This document shows, piece by piece, positions 58,203-64,000 of a DNA stretch of 64,000 bases; within the stretch, counting starts at the first letter, position 1; each line of letters opens with the position of its first letter. Below the pieces are notes generated by a model that was not told where the DNA came from, made no database searches, and saw nothing but the letters and a program-made list of their open reading frames with translations. A program made the position numbers and the translations under genes. Origin of the DNA: Candidatus Omnitrophota bacterium (GTDB taxonomy: Bacteria > Omnitrophota > Gorgyraeia > Gygaellales > Profunditerraquicolaceae); contig JALOQK010000006.1 of assembly GCA_025453395.1 (NCBI GenBank), positions 22,539 through 86,538 of the forward strand. Reading direction: 5' to 3'.

Positions 58203-59710
58203 TTTCTCTTGCCTTTCACAATCGCCACGCAAAAACCAACAAGCGCGAAAACCGAAATCAACTCCAGTCTCCCCGCCCACATTTCAATAATATAGGTCAC
58301 CTTTAATATGGATGGCATACTTGTATCAGTTATGCCGCAGGAAAGCCCAACGTTAGCGGCAGCAGATGTTGACTCAAAAAGAGCCTCTAAGAAAGGATAG
58401 CCTAATGCTACACCTACAAGAGTGCCTAATCCATAAAGAAAGAAATACCCGAGGGTAACAATGAAAACCGCGCGCACTTGTTTATCTTCAATAAACACAG
58501 TTTTTATGTGATGGAACTTCTCTACGACAATCGCGCTTGAAGAAAGCATAGTTCTTTTTATGTCCTGCCGGAATGCTTTATAAATAATCCCCACGCGCAG
58601 CATTTTAACACCGCCTGCCGTAGAACAGACACAGCCGCCCAAGGCCATACTAAGAATTATCCCGGTTAAGGCTAAATCCCCCCATTCTTTAATAAACTGT
58701 TGGGCATATATAGTCATATAGCCAGTTGTGGTTTGACCTGAAATAACCTGAAAGAACCCTTTACGAAAAAGCACCATACCGTCAGAATAAACACCAAATC
58801 TTTCCAAACCAGCCAGAGTGATCAAAGTAACGATCATCGCGACAAACAATAAAGTCCGCATTTCAATATTTTTACATATTTCCTTAAAATTCCCTCTCCA
58901 GATCTGATAATGCAGGTTAAAATTAAATGAACCAATAACCATGAAGAAAATCGTAACAATCTCAAACATGAGGCTGTGATAATAAAGTATGTTCGGGGAT
59001 TGCGGAGAAAAACCAGCGGTATCAAATCCGGCCATAAAAATACAAACTGCGTGAAAAAAAGCGCTTTGCGGTTTTAGGCCAATAGATATTCCCACTAGGC
59101 CTAAAATAATTGCGCCTAAGATTAAATACGCTATGCTAATAACCCAGATAAAACGCGCTGTACCAATAACATTGGGAACCAATTTCTCATCGCGCGCCTC
59201 ACCAAAATATAGATTTAATGACCCACCTGCGCCGCTAACCAAAAATGAAATCGCAACAATAGCAATACCCTGCCCTCCAAGAAAGGGCCCTAAGTGCCGC
59301 CACAAATTGTGCGTTCGTGACAGGTGGTCTAAATCCTGTACAAGCGTCAAGCCTGTTGTAGTAAAACCAGACATAGTTTCAAAACAAGCATCAAGAAAAG
59401 ATTTATAATGCCCGCTTAGTAATAAAGGGATAGCGCTAAGCGCCATTGCCAAAAGCCACGAAAGAGCAATAACTACCATTGCCGGACCAATATGCAAATT
59501 CTTATTAGTTTTGCATAGCCAGCTTAAAACTAAACCAATAAATATCGCTATATTAGCGCTTATTAAGAAATCCAAAGCCGGATCAGGCTCATGGAATAAA
59601 ATAACTCCGGCAATAAATGGTAAAAACATGGTCAAACCAATACCGAGAATTATTCTCCCCAGATAATAGCAAATATTCTTAATATCGTTTAGTTCGGGCT
59701 TGAGTATCAT
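58199..59710 (-). CDS. trkH: TrkH family K+ uptake membrane protein
   Basis: FETMSGFTTTG, GFDTAGF, QTTTGY, STAGGVK, FESTSAAANVGLS, MWAGRLE. Confidence 0.92.
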   Translation of the reverse strand: MILKPELNDIKNICYYLGRIILGIGLTMFLPFIAGVILFHEPDPALDFLISANIAIFIGLVLSWLCKTNKNLHIGPAMVVIALSWLLAMALSAIPLLLSGHYKSFLDACFETMSGFTTTGLTLVQDLDHLSRTHNLWRHLGPFLGGQGIAIVAISFLVSGAGGSLNLYFGEARDEKLVPNVIGTARFIWVISIAYLILGAIILGLVGISIGLKPQSAFFHAVCIFMAGFDTAGFSPQSPNILYYHSLMFEIVTIFFMVIGSFNFNLHYQIWRGNFKEICKNIEMRTLLFVAMIVTLITLAGLERFGVYSDGMVLFRKGFFQVISGQTTTGYMTIYAQQFIKEWGDLALTGIILSMALGGCVCSTAGGVKMLRVGIIYKAFRQDIKRTMLSSSAIVVEKFHHIKTVFIEDKQVRAVFIVTLGYFFLYGLGTLVGVALGYPFLEALFESTSAAANVGLSCGITDTSMPSILKVTYIIEMWAGRLELISVFALVGFCVAIVKGKRK

Positions 59711-59732
59711 AATAAAGTCCCAATAAACAGAT

Positions 59733-59755
59733 GCCAGAGCATAAAATACTCTGGC
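59733..59755 (-). other. Hairpin between kdpE-like gene and trkH
   Basis: gccagagcat-aaa-atactctggc; weak T tail on minus strand. Confidence 0.4.
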
Positions 59756-59828
59756 GCTTAAATAAATCTAACCTATCTTTGTATTTGTTCTATTAAATTA
59801 CGATACGCTTGGCAAGCTAGAAAGACAA

Positions 59829-59846
59829 GTCAAAAAAAGGTCAAAA
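59829..59846 (-). promoter_or_regulatory. Candidate KdpE-type binding box upstream of trkH
   Basis: Minus strand TTTTGAC-CTTT-TTTTGAC, 11-bp period direct repeat typical of OmpR-family sites. Confidence 0.55.
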
Positions 59847-59853
59847 CCAGCAG

Positions 59854-60555
59854 TTAATCATCAAAATGCAGGCGGTAGCCTATGCCGGGCTCAGTAAGAA
59901 TATAGGTTGGCCGGTCCGGGTTAGGTTCAATTTTACCGCGCAGATTACTCATTGTTACGCGCAAAAGATGCAGGATCCCTTCGTAATCTTCTGTTTTATC
60001 CCACACCTGACGCAGAATCTGTTTATGGGTAAGGACTTTACCAATGTTTAAAAAAAGAAGTTTTAAGATATCATATTCAGTGGGAGATAAATTGATTTCT
60101 TTACCTTCAACTGTTACTCTGCGGCTTATAACATCCATAACAAGTTTACCCAAGCGCAAAGTTTCCTCCTCTTCTAAAGGCAAAAGCCGGCGCATCACTG
60201 CTTTTAGGCGCGCCAGCAATTCTCCAACAGAGAAAGGTTTGGTTAAATAATCATCTGCTCCGGCATCAAGTGCGGCAATCTTCTCAAGAGGGTCATCTCT
60301 TACTGATAACACAATGACTGGGATTTTCGCGCGTTTGCGGATCTTCGTTATAACTTCCCTCCCATCAATATCAGGAAGCCCCAAATCAAGAATAATAACA
60401 TCCGGATGCGCGCTAACTGATTCGGTTAACGCATCTTTACCTGTCTGCGCTTCAAAAACGCTGTACCCGTAAGCACCAAGAGACGCCTTAAGAAAACTGC
60501 GTATGGATTTCTCATCATCTACCACAAGAATTCTTAAATTATTCTGTTCTACCAT
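59854..60555 (-). CDS. kdpE: KdpE-like OmpR-family response regulator
   Basis: LDLGLPDIDG, ALDAGADDYLTKPF, LRVTMSNLRGKIEPNPDRPTYILTEPGIGYR. Confidence 0.88.
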   Translation of the reverse strand: MVEQNNLRILVVDDEKSIRSFLKASLGAYGYSVFEAQTGKDALTESVSAHPDVIILDLGLPDIDGREVITKIRKRAKIPVIVLSVRDDPLEKIAALDAGADDYLTKPFSVGELLARLKAVMRRLLPLEEEETLRLGKLVMDVISRRVTVEGKEINLSPTEYDILKLLFLNIGKVLTHKQILRQVWDKTEDYEGILHLLRVTMSNLRGKIEPNPDRPTYILTEPGIGYRLHFDD

Positions 60556-60562
60556 TATATTT

Positions 60563-61588
60563 TTACTCCAATGGAAGCTCTATAATAAATGTTGTACCTT
60601 TACCAAAGACGCTTTCCGCACTAATATGCCCGCCATGGGCCTCAATAATATTCTTTGAAATACTCAAACCTAAGCCCGTCCCCGAGATGTTTTGCACGCT
60701 CTGGATCCGGTAAAATTTATCAAAAATGCGTCCCAAGTCTTCGCTAGGGATACCGCATCCATAATCTTTTATCGAAACACGTACTTTATCACCCATGCAA
60801 AAAGCCTCAATTTCAATAAGAGAGCCATCTGGAGAATATTTTAAAGCATTATCAATAATATTTAATAAGGCCTTTAACATATACGGAAAATCCACTGCCA
60901 CTTCGGGCATATCCTTAGGGATGTTTATTTTTATCTGACGGCTGGCTATCTTATCTTTTAACTGTTCAAGACAGGAGCCGATAAAATCCCGTAAATCACA
61001 GGGCTTCTTAGAAATCCGCAGCACTCCGGATTCTGTCCGGGCCATATCCAAAAGGTTATTTACAATATGATTTAACCTGCCGGATTCGCTATGGGCAGTT
61101 TCCAAAAGTTCATTTTCTTGCTGTGGGGAAAGATTTGATTTATTATCTAAAAGCGCGCTTAAGGTTCCGGTAATAGAAACAAGCGGAGTTTTTAGATCAT
61201 GTGAGATTGAGTTCAAAAGCGCTGTATGAAGCTTTTCCGTCTGACGTTGGATAATATGCGATCTTACTTTTGAAGCAAGTGTGCTTACGGTAAGCCCGAC
61301 TGCTAAAAAAGCTGCAAAGGTAAAAAGATACTCTATATCGTGGACATTCAGAGTAAGATACGGCGGGATCAAAAAGAAATCAAAAACAAGAACACTTAAT
61401 ATTGAAGTTAATATAGCCGGCCCTTGCCCCCAACGAATGGCAACTATTACTACCGCCAGAAGATAAAACATCACTATATTAGTCGGCTCAAGCCTTCTTT
61501 TAACAACTTCACCCAACAAGGTTATGATAAAAACAAGGCTCACGCTTATAAGATAGGGATAAATCTTACTACGCAAATTCTTTTGCAT
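60563..61588 (-). CDS. Minimal KdpD-like histidine kinase (DUF4118 TM + HisKA + HATPase)
   Basis: NIVMFYLLAV, FDFFLIPPY, LLNSISHDLKTPL, NIIDNALKYS, GTGLGL; no Kdp, USP or GAF domains. Confidence 0.87.
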   Translation of the reverse strand: MQKNLRSKIYPYLISVSLVFIITLLGEVVKRRLEPTNIVMFYLLAVVIVAIRWGQGPAILTSILSVLVFDFFLIPPYLTLNVHDIEYLFTFAAFLAVGLTVSTLASKVRSHIIQRQTEKLHTALLNSISHDLKTPLVSITGTLSALLDNKSNLSPQQENELLETAHSESGRLNHIVNNLLDMARTESGVLRISKKPCDLRDFIGSCLEQLKDKIASRQIKINIPKDMPEVAVDFPYMLKALLNIIDNALKYSPDGSLIEIEAFCMGDKVRVSIKDYGCGIPSEDLGRIFDKFYRIQSVQNISGTGLGLSISKNIIEAHGGHISAESVFGKGTTFIIELPLE

Positions 61589-61625
61589 GTATTACGGTTA
61601 GTTTTGTTATTTTTATACTGCCTTT

Positions 61626-62258
61626 TTAATGCACTAAGTGTTTAATCATCATATAACCACCAACAAGCGCGACGACAAATAAAATAGATATCAAATCAAA
61701 ATATTTCTCTATAAATTTACTTATTTTCTCTCCAAAGATACGCAACATCCCTGCTACTAAGAAAAACCTCCCTGCCCTGCCCAAAATAGAAGCGACAACC
61801 AAAATAGTAAGGGAAATCCTGAAAACCCCCGCGGCAATAGTGAAAACTTTATAAGGAATAGGCGTAAAGGCAGCCGAAAAAATAGCCATAAAGGCATTAT
61901 CAGCGTACATCTTGCCAACGGCCTCAAACTGCCTCTCAAAGTGATAAAATGATACGATCCATTTACCTATGGTTTCAAACAAGCTCCAGCCGATAAAATA
62001 ACCCAATAGCGCTCCCGATATTGAGCCAATAGTGCAGATAAGAGCGTAGCTAAACCATCTCTCTCTTCGGGAAATTACCATCGCGATCAACAAAACATCA
62101 GGAGGGATAGGAAAAAATGAGCTCTCGATAAATGCTATAGCAAATAAGGCAACTGGCGCCTGCGGTGTTTTGGCCCAATGCAAGGTCCAATCGTAAAGCC
62201 TGCGTAATAACTTTAATGGGAACAACACAATAGCCTTTACTGAATCAACAAAATTCAT
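61626..62258 (-). CDS. DedA family (YqaA-like) membrane protein
   Basis: AFIESSFFPIPPD, FTPIPYKVFTIAAG, GRAGRF; start ATG 62258. Confidence 0.9.
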   Translation of the reverse strand: MNFVDSVKAIVLFPLKLLRRLYDWTLHWAKTPQAPVALFAIAFIESSFFPIPPDVLLIAMVISRRERWFSYALICTIGSISGALLGYFIGWSLFETIGKWIVSFYHFERQFEAVGKMYADNAFMAIFSAAFTPIPYKVFTIAAGVFRISLTILVVASILGRAGRFFLVAGMLRIFGEKISKFIEKYFDLISILFVVALVGGYMMIKHLVH

Positions 62259-62274
62259 TTTTTCCCTTTCTTTT

Positions 62275-62511
62275 TCAATAATTAAATAGGTCATCAATGC
62301 GATATTGCTTGCACGTTGCCTTATTAAGCGCGTTAAGAACCTTCTTTTTAGTGTTTGGGGTCAAGCGCCTGCCCTTGACTGCGCGGCTGACCATCTTATG
62401 AGTCAACTGATCAGTTGAATTACTCACCAGATCCGACGGCTTAAATCCATGCTCAAACATAATCTTAGCAATCGGCTGTTCACCCAAATCTCTTTTAATA
62501 TCGTCATTCAT
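62275..62511 (-). CDS. Small hypothetical protein, possible HTH
   Basis: 78 aa basic protein filling the intergenic gap; QLTHKMVSRAVKGRRLT helix pattern, ends DLFNY. Confidence 0.6.
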   Translation of the reverse strand: MNDDIKRDLGEQPIAKIMFEHGFKPSDLVSNSTDQLTHKMVSRAVKGRRLTPNTKKKVLNALNKATCKQYRIDDLFNY

Positions 62512-62522
62512 TAGTTACCCTT

Positions 62523-62915
62523 TTATTCACGCGCTATTTCATTTACCGCAAACATTCCCGGGACTGAATCTTTATCTACTATGTATGCGCAGGCAATTCT
62601 TTCTTCGCAGCTAAATACAACAATGTTGAATTGTTGATCAGTAATATTCTCAATCGGCAGGTTTACTGTCATGGCTTTCTTACCGGCATAAGAAGAAATA
62701 TCATACCCTCCCTGCTGACAAACACTCTTCAGAATTGCTTCATACTGCCCGTTAAATTCTGTTGGGATTTTGGTTTCGTATGGCTGAATATCCGTGGAAA
62801 TTTGTATATTTAATCTTTCCAGCTCCGCGAGAATCACATCTTTATCCGAAGCTAACAATAAACTTATTGGCATCAACATAAACACTAATATTGCTGTTAT
62901 CCAAAGTTTTTTCAT
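62523..62915 (-). CDS. Secreted protein, DUF4830-like
   Basis: Signal peptide; IPTEF..Y..GYDISSYAGK pattern; GGAGG SD. Confidence 0.55.
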   Translation of the reverse strand: MKKLWITAILVFMLMPISLLLASDKDVILAELERLNIQISTDIQPYETKIPTEFNGQYEAILKSVCQQGGYDISSYAGKKAMTVNLPIENITDQQFNIVVFSCEERIACAYIVDKDSVPGMFAVNEIARE

Positions 62916-62932
62916 ACATCCTCCCGAAGTTA

Positions 62933-63295
62933 CTATTTTAATATTTCTTCATCCTTCTTCTCCCACGCCGGGTCTACAATACATAAAAATTCCAACATCT
63001 TTTTCCCTGTATTCTTAATATATTGCACCGCATGCGGCCGGATATAGACTGAATCTCCTGGTCCGACGACGCACGATTTGTTATCTATATGCATCAATGC
63101 TTTACCTTTTATTATGTAATAAACTTCACTATGCTTAAGCCGGTGTGGAGAGCTTGCCCTGCCTGAAGGTAGCTTTGCATGCGCAAGGCTATAACGAAAA
63201 GTAAAATCCCCTTTATCCCGATGCAACAACTCTCGCAATATAACTCCATCACCAGAAATAAATTCCGGGCAATCTTTTAATTTCTTCACAAACAT
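62933..63295 (-). CDS. Cupin domain protein
   Basis: SLAHA, PHRLKHSEVYYI..G, GDSVYIRP..Q.I.NTG. Confidence 0.88.
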   Translation of the reverse strand: MFVKKLKDCPEFISGDGVILRELLHRDKGDFTFRYSLAHAKLPSGRASSPHRLKHSEVYYIIKGKALMHIDNKSCVVGPGDSVYIRPHAVQYIKNTGKKMLEFLCIVDPAWEKKDEEILK

Positions 63296-63336
63296 ATTCT
63301 TGCTCCTCTATTTATCTAACCCATTATGCCTTTATT

Positions 63337-64000
63337 TCAATACGGCCATTTCCAACTGCGGATTTCTGGCAAATCTTGACCGCTGGTAGTTATATACTGC
63401 CTGTGTTCAATAAGTTTATTATGCAGCCAATCTTTAACATGGGCAGCTTTATTCTTGAGGCTTTCCACACGGTCGATCACGTCGTCAGCCAAATTAAAAC
63501 GATCAAGTTCATTTAATACTGCCATATCAAATGGGGTAGTGGTCGTGCCCTCTTCTTTATAACCGCGCACATGCACATTATTGTGATTAGTGCGCCGGTA
63601 AATCAAACGATGCACCAGCCACGGATAACCATGAAAGGCAAAGATCACCGGCTTATCAATTGTAAACAAACTGTCAAAATCTTTATCCGAAAGCCCATGC
63701 GGATGCTCACTCTGCGGCTGAAGCGTCATCAAATCAACTACGTTCACAACGCGAATCTTTAGATCCGGGAATTTCTGCCGTAAAATATCTACTGCCGCCA
63801 AAGTCTCTAAAGTCGGCACATCACCGGCGCAAGCCATAACCACATCCGGCTCTTGGCCATGGTCATTACTTGCCCAATCCCAAATGCCTATACCTTTAGT
63901 GCAATGCTGGATCGCGGAATCCATATCCAAATACTGCAATCCGGGATGTTTTCCGGCGATTATCACATTTACATAATTACGGCTTTTCAAACAGTGGTCT
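63337..64000 (-). CDS. xfp: Phosphoketolase, C-terminal part (5' end outside window)
   Basis: [47 protein letters not shown]. Confidence 0.95.
   Translation of the reverse strand, partial: DHCLKSRNYVNVIIAGKHPGLQYLDMDSAIQHCTKGIGIWDWASNDHGQEPDVVMACAGDVPTLETLAAVDILRQKFPDLKIRVVNVVDLMTLQPQSEHPHGLSDKDFDSLFTIDKPVIFAFHGYPWLVHRLIYRRTNHNNVHVRGYKEEGTTTTPFDMAVLNELDRFNLADDVIDRVESLKNKAAHVKDWLHNKLIEHRQYITTSGQDLPEIRSWKWPY

Noticed and set aside
7292-62297. Long gene overlaps implied by longest-ORF starts (7337, 12283, 14431, 22085, 32201, 45891, 56570, 58280, 62297)
   Set aside because: Downstream starts match family N-termini or SD sites and remove the overlaps
327-63762. All plus-strand ORFs and short nested minus-strand ORFs in the track (e.g. 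4585-5244, 16048-16749, 9362-9730)
   Set aside because: They overlap well-supported minus-strand genes or leaders and show no recognisable motifs; treated as shadow ORFs

Overview
64 kb of gene-dense, AT-rich bacterial chromosome in which all ~58 credible genes lie on the minus strand. Gene content (TolC, AsmA, porin, split gcvP, Ehr complex) indicates a diderm anaerobe, possibly PVC-superphylum/Omnitrophota-like (inference, not tested). Contents: housekeeping genes (pgi, DAHP synthase, greA, lipA, gcvT/H/PA/PB, phosphoketolase, cspA, DEAD-box helicase), a cell-wall hydrolase cluster, a surface-glycan cluster with a split transketolase, a NikR-controlled porin plus ECF Ni/Co importer with a visible operator, two efflux systems, a Hyf-like Ehr complex lacking NiFe ligands, and a minimal KdpD/KdpE pair beside TrkH. 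No rRNA, tRNA, CRISPR array, integrase or transposase was seen. Most unusual observations: (1) a complete, motif-intact EF-G fused behind a membrane anchor, long coiled coil and acidic Pro-rich linker; (2) a TolC whose signal peptide is preceded in frame by an XRE helix-turn-helix domain; (3) a PurH paralog with a degenerate IMP-cyclohydrolase site; (4) heptamer-repeat arrays in the glycan cluster, structured leaders before cspA and the Ehr operon, and repeated 16-bp promoter spacing.
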